A stretch of DNA of 17,988 nt from Candidatus Auribacterota bacterium (GCA_023136205.1 JAGLRQ010000049.1:1-17988); one strand, 5' to 3'; counted from the first letter of the stretch, positions 1-7,604 are shown. Numbers and translations: made by a program. The notes: generated by a model not told the origin, from the letters alone.

Positions 1-249
1 AAAAGAAAAGTAAATATTGATCCGGGTTACCTCGACCTCTCCAAACTCGTCGTGGCATCCACAAAAGACGCAACTTACAGAATATGTTTAAATAACGGTG
101 TATTTGCTCAGGGAATGTTATATTATGAGCATGGATCCTTTAAACCCTGGCAGTGGGCTTACCAGGATTACAGAGAAGGTTTCAGTATAGCCTTTTTTAA
201 TAAAGTAAGAGAAATTTATAAGGAACAGTTAGCAAGTGGCAAGAATTAA
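1..249 (+). CDS. DUF4416 family protein, C-terminal part (5' end lies outside the window)
   Basis: Frame 1 is open from base 1, so the track's GTG at 52 is probably internal. The translation ...NIDPGYLDLSKLVVASTKDATYRICLNNGVFAQGMLYYEHGSFKPWQWAYQDYRE... matches my memory of the DUF4416 signature (IDPGYL..KLVLAS.KD...RIYL). The stop at 247-249 overlaps the next gene by 14 nt. Confidence 0.65.
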   Translation, partial: KRKVNIDPGYLDLSKLVVASTKDATYRICLNNGVFAQGMLYYEHGSFKPWQWAYQDYREGFSIAFFNKVREIYKEQLASGKN

Positions 250-1489
250 ACCCTTTAAATCATTGCGTCCCGAGCCGAAACTCGCGTCAAAGGTGGCATC
301 TCTTCCTTATGATGTTGTTTCCAGGGATGAGGCTTTTGAACTTTCAAAAGGTAATCCGTTTAGTTTTTACCGTGTGGTGAAAGCCGAAATTGATTTTCCT
401 GCTGAAATTGAAGAAAGCTCAACAAAGGTTTACAAAAAGGCGAAAGAGAACTTGGACAGAATGATAAAGAATAAAATTCTTGTACAGGATTCCAAAGCGA
501 GTTTTTATATTTACAGGCAAAAAATGGGCAATCATGTCCAAACAGGCATTGTTGCCTGTGTTGATATTGATGAGTATGTGTCTTCTTTAATAAAGAAACA
601 TGAATTAACCAGGAAAGATAAGGAGCAGGACAGGACCAGGCATGTTCAGGCTTTGCAGGCAAACACAGGGCCTGTATTCTTAACTTATAGAAAAAAAGAT
701 GACATTGATAAGGTTGTTAATGATATAACATCAAGTGCCCCTGCAGTTGTATTTATCTCTGAGGATAAGGTTACCCACGAATGCTGGGTTGTGGATAATG
801 ATGATGTGATAGATGAGTTAATTAAGCTTTTTAAATCAGTCCCGAGCCTTTATGTTGCTGATGGTCATCACCGTCTTGCTTCAGCCGCAAATGTCGCGGA
901 AATATGCAGGAAAAAGGTAAAAGATTATACAGGTGAGGAAGAATTTAATTTTGCAATGACAGTTATATTTCCACATGACCGGATGCAGATTCTTCCTTAT
1001 AACAGAGTTGTTAAAGACACAGGATGTTTTACGAAGGATGAATTTCTGGCGAAGCTCGCGCAGGAGTTTGACATATCGGACATTAAAGAAAAAAGGCCTC
1101 TTAAAAAAGGCCGGTTTGCCATGTATTTTGATAAAGGTTGGTATCTCTTAAGGCCTCGGGATACAGAAGATAAAATAATGGATGTTGTTGAAGAACTTGA
1201 TGTAAGCATATTTCAGGAAAAAGTTCTCTCGAAAATTCTTGGTATTACAGATCCGAGAACTGATAACCGCCTGGGTTTTATTGGGGGAATTAAAGGAGAG
1301 GCAAAACTTGAAGAACTCGTTGATTCAGGTGAATATAAAGTTGCTTTTAGCTTTTGCCCTACTTCAATTGATGAACTTCTTTCAGTTGCGGATGTGGGCG
1401 GGATAATGCCTCCCAAGTCGACATGGTTTGAACCGAAACTCAGAAGCGGGCTCTTTATACATATGCTTAACGGGCTGCCTAATAAGTAG
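236..1489 (+). CDS. DUF1015 domain-containing protein (function unknown)
   Basis: 417-aa ORF with a GTG start. The N-terminus MARIKPFKSLRP....ASLPYDVVS and the ADGHHR motif are typical of DUF1015. AAGGA lies about 9 nt upstream of the GTG. Confidence 0.85.
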   Translation: MARIKPFKSLRPEPKLASKVASLPYDVVSRDEAFELSKGNPFSFYRVVKAEIDFPAEIEESSTKVYKKAKENLDRMIKNKILVQDSKASFYIYRQKMGNHVQTGIVACVDIDEYVSSLIKKHELTRKDKEQDRTRHVQALQANTGPVFLTYRKKDDIDKVVNDITSSAPAVVFISEDKVTHECWVVDNDDVIDELIKLFKSVPSLYVADGHHRLASAANVAEICRKKVKDYTGEEEFNFAMTVIFPHDRMQILPYNRVVKDTGCFTKDEFLAKLAQEFDISDIKEKRPLKKGRFAMYFDKGWYLLRPRDTEDKIMDVVEELDVSIFQEKVLSKILGITDPRTDNRLGFIGGIKGEAKLEELVDSGEYKVAFSFCPTSIDELLSVADVGGIMPPKSTWFEPKLRSGLFIHMLNGLPNK

Positions 1490-1607
1490 GAAACAGCAAA
1501 AATTTTCCTCTGTTTCTCCCCAAAAAGTTTTTTCAGCATATCTTTTTTCTTGTTTTTTAAACCGGGATATATTATTTAAGTGATAGCCTTATGGATTGTT
1601 TATTTTT

Positions 1608-2270
1608 ATGAACCTTGCTCCACATATAGACCAGACTTTTCTTGGCGCAGATGCTACTGAGAAGGAAATTAAAAAGCTTTGCAGAGAATCTGTAAGGTAC
1701 GGGTTTGCTTCAGTATGTGTAAATCCCTTTTGGGTGAAAATCTGCAAGAGGATTTTGAAAAAAACACAGGTTAAAGTTTGTACCGTTGTGGGATTTCCCC
1801 TGGGTGCGAATGTTTCTTTTGTTAAAGCATTTGAAGCGGAGCGGGCTGTTAAAGACGGAGCGGATGAAATAGACATAGTTATAAATATAGGTGCGTTGAA
1901 ATCAGGGAATTATAACGAGGTTCGGAAAGATATAGCTTCTGTAGTAAGGGTTGTTAAAGGAAGAACAGTGAAGCTGATTTTGGAAACCTGTTATCTTACT
2001 TCCGGGGAAATAGTTCAGGCATGCCGTATTGCCTCGCTTGCGGGGGTTTTATTTGTAAAGACTTCAACAGGTTTTGGTTCCGGCGGAGCTAAAGTTCAGG
2101 ATGTGAAACTTATAAAAAAAGTTTTGCCTCCCTTTATGAAAGTTAAAGCATCTGGAGGGATCAAAGATTATAATACAGCTATTAAATTAATTAAGGCGGG
2201 AGCTGACAGATTGGGGACAAGCTCGGGAGTTAAGATTGTATCAGAGGAGAAATTAAGGAATAAAAACTAG
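1608..2270 (+). CDS. deoC: Deoxyribose-phosphate aldolase
   Basis: IDQT(F)L, VCVNP, VVGFPLG and the Schiff-base lysine context FVKTSTGF, plus KASGGI. I prefer the ATG at 1608 (MNLAPHIDQT...) over the track's TTG at 1596. The Shine-Dalgarno is weak for both. Confidence 0.9.
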   Translation: MNLAPHIDQTFLGADATEKEIKKLCRESVRYGFASVCVNPFWVKICKRILKKTQVKVCTVVGFPLGANVSFVKAFEAERAVKDGADEIDIVINIGALKSGNYNEVRKDIASVVRVVKGRTVKLILETCYLTSGEIVQACRIASLAGVLFVKTSTGFGSGGAKVQDVKLIKKVLPPFMKVKASGGIKDYNTAIKLIKAGADRLGTSSGVKIVSEEKLRNKN

Positions 2271-2301
2271 GGTCAAGGGGCAGGGGTCGCAGGGTCAAGG
2301 G
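2270..2301 (+). repeat. G-tract element: five G3-4 runs (potential G-quadruplex) containing a duplicated 11-mer AGGGTCAAGGG
   Basis: GGG(2270-2272) tcaa GGGG(2277-2280) ca GGGG(2283-2286) tcgca GGG(2292-2294) tcaa GGG(2299-2301). AGGGTCAAGGG occurs at 2269-2279 and again at 2291-2301. It starts in the deoC stop codon. The composition is very atypical for this AT-rich window. Confidence 0.6.
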
Positions 2302-2333
2302 AAGAAACAAAAACTAATTATCTCTCCTGCTAT

Positions 2334-2363
2334 TTGACCCTTGCTGCTGGGGCCCTTTATTAT
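2334..2363 (+). promoter_or_regulatory. Candidate sigma70-type promoter of the gcv operon
   Basis: TTGACC (2334-2339), 18-nt spacer, TATTAT (2358-2363). It lies 36 nt upstream of the gcvT ATG. Sequence-only prediction. Confidence 0.35.
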
Positions 2364-2389
2364 ACGGAATACGATATACGATATCGGAA
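2362..2389 (+). repeat. Heptanucleotide tandem array 1 (4 units)
   Basis: ATACGGA ATACGAT ATACGAT ATCGGAA. The ACG core recurs at 2364, 2371 and 2378 with an exact 7-nt period, and the last unit is degenerate. It contains the palindrome CGATATCG (2379-2386). Confidence 0.7.
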
Positions 2390-2398
2390 AAGACTTTT

Positions 2399-3499
2399 AT
2401 GGAAAAAGTAAAAAAAACTCCCTTATATGATGTTCATGTCAATATGGGGGGGAGAATGGTTTCCTTTGCCGGGTGGCTTATGCCTGTGCAGTATTCCGGC
2501 ATTATAGAAGAACATAACTGTGTAAGGAAAAGCGCAGGTATATTTGACCTTTCTCATATGGGCGAAATATTTGTTTCCGGCGTTAAATCGGTTGAGTATC
2601 TTCAAAAGCTGATTACCAATGACATTGAAAAACTTGCCGATGGCCGGGCATTGTACACTGTTATGTGCCTTGAAAGCGGTGGAATAGTTGATGACCTTCT
2701 TGTTTACCGTATTAAAAAAGATGAGTATATGCTTGTTGTAAATGCCTTGAATACGGCTAAAGTATTTGCATGGATGAGGAAGAATCTTGTTTCCGGTGTC
2801 GAAATTGCCAATAAAAGCGAAGGAACCGCGCTTATAGCAATTCAGGGCCCGCTTTCTAAAACAATTGTTTTATCTCTGGATTTTAAAAACCCGGTATCGA
2901 TAAAATATTTTGAGTTTATGTCCAATAATATTAATGGGATCGATTGTATTCTTGCCAGAACAGGTTATACTGGTGAAGATGGATTTGAAATATTTCTTCC
3001 TTCTGATTATGCCGCTGTTCTTTGGGACAGTATTTTTGCGGAAGCTAAGGACACAGGGCTCATGCCTGTCGGGCTGGGCGCAAGGGATACATTACGAATG
3101 GAGATGGGTTATAGCCTTTACGGAAACGATATAACTGAAGAGACCACTCCTCTTGAGGCCGGATTGTCATGGGTCATTGATTTTAATAAGGAATTTATCG
3201 GGAAAGAAGCTCTTTTGAAACAAAAAGAGCATGGACTAAAAAGAAAATTAATAGGTTTTATGATGTTAGACAGAGGTATTCCCAGGAGCCACTATGAAAT
3301 CTTCTCAAGCGGAGAAAAAGTAGGAGAGGTAACGAGTGGAACTATGTCATCCACACTTAAGAAAGCAATAGGGATGGGATATGTTCCAGTTGAACTTGCG
3401 AAACCTGGAACGAGAATTGATATTTCAATCAGGAAGGCTATGGTGGAAGCAAGAGTCGTAAAGAAACCATTTTACATCCCTGAAAAAAGAAAGAATTAA
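2399..3499 (+). CDS. gcvT: Glycine cleavage system aminomethyltransferase (T protein)
   Basis: 366 aa. PLYDVH...GGRMV.FAGW.MPVQY, DLSHMG, ARTGYTGEDGFEI and GLGARDTLR(M)E are classic GcvT motifs. Confidence 0.95.
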   Translation: MEKVKKTPLYDVHVNMGGRMVSFAGWLMPVQYSGIIEEHNCVRKSAGIFDLSHMGEIFVSGVKSVEYLQKLITNDIEKLADGRALYTVMCLESGGIVDDLLVYRIKKDEYMLVVNALNTAKVFAWMRKNLVSGVEIANKSEGTALIAIQGPLSKTIVLSLDFKNPVSIKYFEFMSNNINGIDCILARTGYTGEDGFEIFLPSDYAAVLWDSIFAEAKDTGLMPVGLGARDTLRMEMGYSLYGNDITEETTPLEAGLSWVIDFNKEFIGKEALLKQKEHGLKRKLIGFMMLDRGIPRSHYEIFSSGEKVGEVTSGTMSSTLKKAIGMGYVPVELAKPGTRIDISIRKAMVEARVVKKPFYIPEKRKN

Positions 3500-3512
3500 A
3501 AAAGAAATTTTT

Positions 3513-3547
3513 TTACGAGATACGAAACACGATTCACGAAATACCAA
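3513..3547 (+). repeat. Heptanucleotide tandem array 2 (5 units)
   Basis: TTACGAG ATACGAA ACACGAT TCACGAA ATACCAA. The AC(G/C)A core recurs at 3515, 3522, 3529, 3536 and 3543. The array starts 14 nt after the gcvT stop and ends 3 nt before the gcvH Shine-Dalgarno AGGAGG (3551-3556). Confidence 0.75.
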
Positions 3548-3562
3548 AACAGGAGGATAATA

Positions 3563-3946
3563 ATGAGTATTCCTAAAGATTTTAAGTATACTTTTTCTCA
3601 TGAATGGATAAAGATTGAAGATGATAAAGCTCTGATCGGGGTCACCGATTATGCTCAGGACAAACTGGGGGATGTTGTTTTTGTTGAACTGCCCAAAGTG
3701 GGAACTGAAATCGAAGCAGGGCATGAGGCGGTTGTTATTGAGTCCGTGAAGACTGCTGCGGATGTCTATACCCCCCTATCAGGAAAGATAACAAAAGTTA
3801 ATACGCTTTTGGATAAAGACCCCTCCTTTATAAATTCCGGCCCTTATGGGAAAGGATGGATTTTTGAGATTGAGATAAGAGATAAAAGAGAACTGGAAAA
3901 ACTTATAGATGCGCAGGTTTACGAGAACAAGATATCAGAGGATTAA
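3563..3946 (+). CDS. gcvH: Glycine cleavage system H protein (lipoyl carrier)
   Basis: 127 aa. Lipoyl-lysine motif IESVKTAADVYTPLSG (K63). Strong AGGAGG Shine-Dalgarno. Confidence 0.95.
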   Translation: MSIPKDFKYTFSHEWIKIEDDKALIGVTDYAQDKLGDVVFVELPKVGTEIEAGHEAVVIESVKTAADVYTPLSGKITKVNTLLDKDPSFINSGPYGKGWIFEIEIRDKRELEKLIDAQVYENKISED

Positions 3947-3951
3947 TTTTT

Positions 3952-5277
3952 ATGGATTATGTTCCTCACAGTGAAGCTGATATTTCTTCAATATTAAAAG
4001 AGATGAACATTGGAGATATTGAAGATCTTTATTCCAGTGTGCCTGAGAAAATTAAAATAAAAAGCCGCAGGCTTGAGAGAGGACTTTCAGAATTTGAGTT
4101 AAAGGCTCTTATCAGGAAAAAGGCTGAAAAAAATCTTGCCGTCACTGAAATAAAATCTTTTATGGGTGGCGGTGCTTATGAGCATTTTATCCCTGCTGTT
4201 GTTGATCATATAGCGATGAAACCTGAGTTTTATACCGCATATACGCCTTATCAGCCGGAGGCGAGCCAGGGAGCCCTTCAGGTGATATATGAATACCAGA
4301 GTTTAATATGTGAATTAACCGGGATGGATGCTTCGAACGCATCTTTATATGACGGGGCTACTGCGGCGGCCGAGGCGGCGCTTATGAGTATTAACAAAGA
4401 TGGTCCGGGTGATGTTTTGATTTCAGCCGCGGTAAATCCCGAATATGTGGAAGTGATTAAAACATATTTGAAAGGAACAAAAGGCAGGATTTTAATGGTT
4501 CCTTCTCCGGAAGGTGTTACAAGTGTTGAATTTTTAAAGGGGTTGTCCGCGAAAAAGCCCGTTTGTTTTATATTTCAGTCGCCTAACTACTACGGTTGTA
4601 TTGAAGACGTTGAGAATCTTTCAGAAATTGCGCACTCTTTTGCAGCTCTTTCTATCGCGATTGTAAATCCCGTTTCCCTGGGCGTACTTAAATCCCCGGG
4701 AAGCATGGGTGCCGATATAGTGGTTGGAGAAGGGCAGCCATTAGGTATTCCGCTATCGTATGGGGGGCCTTATCTGGGGTTTATGGCTGTTAAAAAGAAA
4801 TTTATCAGGAAGTTGCCGGGAAGAATAGTAGGCAGAACGACAGATAAAGAAGGAAACCCCGGGTTTGTCTTGACTCTTCAAACAAGGGAACAGCACATAA
4901 GGCGTGAAAAGGCAAATTCAAACATCTGTTCTAATCAAGCTCTTATGGCGCTGCGGGCAACGGTTTTTATGACATACATGGGGAAAGAGGGCATGAAAAC
5001 CCTTGCTGAAGCAAATATCAACAATAGCCACTATCTTTCTAAATCTATAGAAAAAACCGGTAAAGCCCACCTTAAATTCAAACGGCCGTTTTTTAACGAA
5101 TTTGTTCTTGAATTTAAGAAACCTGCAAATCTGGTTTTCGACAAGTTTGTAAATAAAAATATGTTTCCCGGGATATTGTTAAAAGGGGAAATGGATAAAC
5201 GTATATTGTGCTGTGTTACTGAAACAAAAACAAAAGCCGACCTTGATGGCTTTATTGAGATAATCAAAGATTTGTGA
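3952..5277 (+). CDS. gcvPA: Glycine dehydrogenase (decarboxylating) subunit 1
   Basis: 441 aa. FMGGGAYEH, YTPYQPE(A)SQG and EGQPLGIPLSYGGPYLGF are typical of the split P-protein alpha subunit. It follows gcvH by 5 nt. Confidence 0.95.
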   Translation: MDYVPHSEADISSILKEMNIGDIEDLYSSVPEKIKIKSRRLERGLSEFELKALIRKKAEKNLAVTEIKSFMGGGAYEHFIPAVVDHIAMKPEFYTAYTPYQPEASQGALQVIYEYQSLICELTGMDASNASLYDGATAAAEAALMSINKDGPGDVLISAAVNPEYVEVIKTYLKGTKGRILMVPSPEGVTSVEFLKGLSAKKPVCFIFQSPNYYGCIEDVENLSEIAHSFAALSIAIVNPVSLGVLKSPGSMGADIVVGEGQPLGIPLSYGGPYLGFMAVKKKFIRKLPGRIVGRTTDKEGNPGFVLTLQTREQHIRREKANSNICSNQALMALRATVFMTYMGKEGMKTLAEANINNSHYLSKSIEKTGKAHLKFKRPFFNEFVLEFKKPANLVFDKFVNKNMFPGILLKGEMDKRILCCVTETKTKADLDGFIEIIKDL

Positions 5278-5295
5278 TGTTTAAAAGGTTATAGA

Positions 5296-6777
5296 GTGGA
5301 AAAAAGCAGTGGTCTAATTTTTGAGAAAAGTTCTAGGGGAAGAAAAGCTTTTTCGCTTCCTGAAGCAGCTATGCCTGAAACTGAGATTGAAAGCCTTATT
5401 CCGGGAAAATACCTAAGAAAAAATCTTAGATTCCCTGAGATATCTGAACTTGATATTGTAAGGCACTTTACCCATCTTGCCTCTAAAAATTTTAATGTTG
5501 ATGGTAATTTTTATCCTCTTGGTTCATGCACCATGAAATATAATCCTAAGGTAAATGAAGATATTGCATCAATGGAAAAGTTCAGGGACATTCATCCAAT
5601 GTTTCCCGAAAAGTATGTTCAGGGGATTTTATCACTTTTGAAAGAGATGGAAGAAATGTTATGTAGGATAACCGCAATGGATGCCTTTTGTCTGTATCCT
5701 GCGGCCGGAGCCCATGGTGAATTCCTTGGAATGTTATTAATCAGGGCGTACCATGAGAGAAAAGGAAAAATAAGAAAAAAGATAATTGTTCCGGATTCTT
5801 CTCATGGGACTAATCCGTCAAGTGTCCATATGGCAGGATATGAAGTTGTATCTATTGCTTCGGATAAAAACGGAGAAGTTGATTTAGAGGCCCTTGAAAG
5901 TGCCCTTGATGAAGAAGTTGCGGCGTTCATGATGACAAATCCCAATACGCTTGGTTTGTTTGAGAGCAAGATATTAGAAATCGCTGAAAAAGTACATTCA
6001 AGAGGGGCCCTTCTTTATTATGATGGTGCTAATCTTAATCCTCTGCTTGGTATCTGCAGGCCTGGTGATATGGGATTTGACGTGGTCCATTTAAATCTTC
6101 ATAAAACTTTTTCTACTCCTCATGGAGGCGGAGGTCCCGGCTCAGGGCCGGTTGGAGTAAAAAAACATCTCGTTCCTTTTTTACCTGTGCCTGTTATAGA
6201 AGAGAAAGATGGAGGATTGATTTTAAACCGTCAAAAGCCTCAAAGCGTCGGATCTATAAAGTCTTTTTTTGGTAATGTAGGAGTGATTATAAAAGCATAT
6301 AGTTATATTAAAGCTCTTGGAGATGAAGGGCTAAAAAGAACCGGCAAGCTCTCGGTTTTGAATGCTAATTATCTCAAACAAAAGCTAAAAGGTTCTTATC
6401 ATCTTCCTTTTGATAAGACTTGTATGCATGAGTTTGTTCTGTCGGCAAAGAAGCAGCTCGATTCAGGTATTCACGCAGTGGATATAGCAAAAGGACTTAT
6501 TGACAGGGGAATACATCCCCCTACCGTATATTTCCCCATGATAGTGGAAGAGGCTATTATGATAGAGCCGACGGAGACAGAGAGTAAAAACACTCTGGAT
6601 GAATTTGTAAATACTATGAAAGAAATCGCGGGCCTTGCCGCAAAAACCCCTGAAATTCTTAAAAAAGCTCCGATAAAAATGTCGGTAAAAAGACTGGATG
6701 AAGTTCAAGCTGCCAGAGTGCTTGATGTTTGCTGGAATTTTGAAAAGCCGGAGGATGAGGGGCAGGAGGATGGCTAA
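5296..6777 (+). CDS. gcvPB: Glycine dehydrogenase (decarboxylating) subunit 2
   Basis: 493 aa with a GTG start. PLP-lysine context HLNLHKTFSTPHGGGGPG, plus YPLGSCTMKYNP. Confidence 0.95.
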   Translation: MEKSSGLIFEKSSRGRKAFSLPEAAMPETEIESLIPGKYLRKNLRFPEISELDIVRHFTHLASKNFNVDGNFYPLGSCTMKYNPKVNEDIASMEKFRDIHPMFPEKYVQGILSLLKEMEEMLCRITAMDAFCLYPAAGAHGEFLGMLLIRAYHERKGKIRKKIIVPDSSHGTNPSSVHMAGYEVVSIASDKNGEVDLEALESALDEEVAAFMMTNPNTLGLFESKILEIAEKVHSRGALLYYDGANLNPLLGICRPGDMGFDVVHLNLHKTFSTPHGGGGPGSGPVGVKKHLVPFLPVPVIEEKDGGLILNRQKPQSVGSIKSFFGNVGVIIKAYSYIKALGDEGLKRTGKLSVLNANYLKQKLKGSYHLPFDKTCMHEFVLSAKKQLDSGIHAVDIAKGLIDRGIHPPTVYFPMIVEEAIMIEPTETESKNTLDEFVNTMKEIAGLAAKTPEILKKAPIKMSVKRLDEVQAARVLDVCWNFEKPEDEGQEDG

Positions 6778-6807
6778 GGCCCTGATTCTAAGTTTCAGGA
6801 GTAATAA

Positions 6808-7596
6808 TTGTATACTACTTGGCGTTTAATTGATGATATTCCGAGAGATGCGGCGGAGAATATGGCTGTTGACGAAGCCATTGCAATTTCTATGTCAGAA
6901 GACGATACACTCCCGACACTGAGATTCTATAAATGGAAAAGTCCTGCGGTTTCCTATGGTTATTTTCAAAAAGTAGAAGATGATGTAAATATTCCTTACT
7001 GCCGGTCTAAAAAAATTGATTTTGTTCGGCGGCCTACCGGCGGCGGGATTGTTTTGCATATGGGTGAACTAACGTATTCGCTAATTGTTAACCTGGAATT
7101 TTTTCCGGGAAGCAGCGATGTTATTTCAACCTACAGGATTGTTCACGGTGCGATAAAATCAGGCCTGATGAGTTTGGGAATAAAGGGTGTTTATGGATGT
7201 GAGGAAAAAGGAATGGCAATAAAAAAACCCGGTTTTTGTTTTACCCGGGCAACCAAATATGACGTAATGGTTAATAATTCAAAAATAGCGGGGAGTGCCC
7301 AGAGAAGGTTTGATCCCATTTTGCTTCACCAAGGGTATATAATGATTGAAGATATTATGAATGGAAGTGAAATCCTCTTGAAAGGCCATTGCCGGAACGG
7401 GTCGTATGCTTTTCTGAGAGAGTTTGTGACTGAGATTCCTTCAAAGAAGGGTCTAATTAAGATTTTCAAAAATGCGTTTGAAAATGAACTGGACATAAAA
7501 TTTAGCGAAAAGGAAATTACAGGAAACGAGCTTAAAACAGCTCTTTCTTTGAAAGATAGCAAATATAGTCTTCGAACTTGGAATTTTATGAGATGA
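6808..7596 (+). CDS. Lipoate-protein ligase / octanoyltransferase family protein (single BPL_LplA_LipB domain, LipM-like)
   Basis: 262 aa with a TTG start and AGGAG 7 nt upstream. RRPTGGG(I)V.H and the conserved lysine in NSKIAGSAQRR (K159). A Cys (C144, PGFCF) lies 15 residues before that Lys, the same spacing I recall for the LipM acyl-thioester Cys. There is no LplA C-terminal accessory domain. Confidence 0.8.
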   Translation: MYTTWRLIDDIPRDAAENMAVDEAIAISMSEDDTLPTLRFYKWKSPAVSYGYFQKVEDDVNIPYCRSKKIDFVRRPTGGGIVLHMGELTYSLIVNLEFFPGSSDVISTYRIVHGAIKSGLMSLGIKGVYGCEEKGMAIKKPGFCFTRATKYDVMVNNSKIAGSAQRRFDPILLHQGYIMIEDIMNGSEILLKGHCRNGSYAFLREFVTEIPSKKGLIKIFKNAFENELDIKFSEKEITGNELKTALSLKDSKYSLRTWNFMR

Positions 7597-7604
7597 GTTT
7601 GAGA

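Noticed and set aside
1490-1516. Hairpin GAAACAG-13 nt-CTGTTTC after the DUF1015 stop, as an intrinsic terminator
   Set aside because: The stem is only 7 bp and AT-rich with a 13-nt loop. It is not directly followed by a T-tract, since the TTTTTT run is 14 nt further on. It is too weak to call.
360-1539. Minus-strand ORFs 360-662, 997-1209 and 1213-1539
   Set aside because: They are entirely antisense to the well-supported DUF1015 CDS. The translations are Ser/Leu-rich junk typical of shadow ORFs.
2271-2398. Glycine riboswitch or ZTP riboswitch upstream of gcvT
   Set aside because: The conserved cores of either class are not present on either strand, and only short partial resemblances occur. 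This needs a covariance-model search to be definitive.
2910-3134. Alternative-frame + strand 74-aa ORF, with similar internal ORFs at 9358-9546 and 1589-1876(-)
   Set aside because: They are embedded in gcvT, the TPR gene and deoC respectively. They show no independent signals or recognisable sequence.
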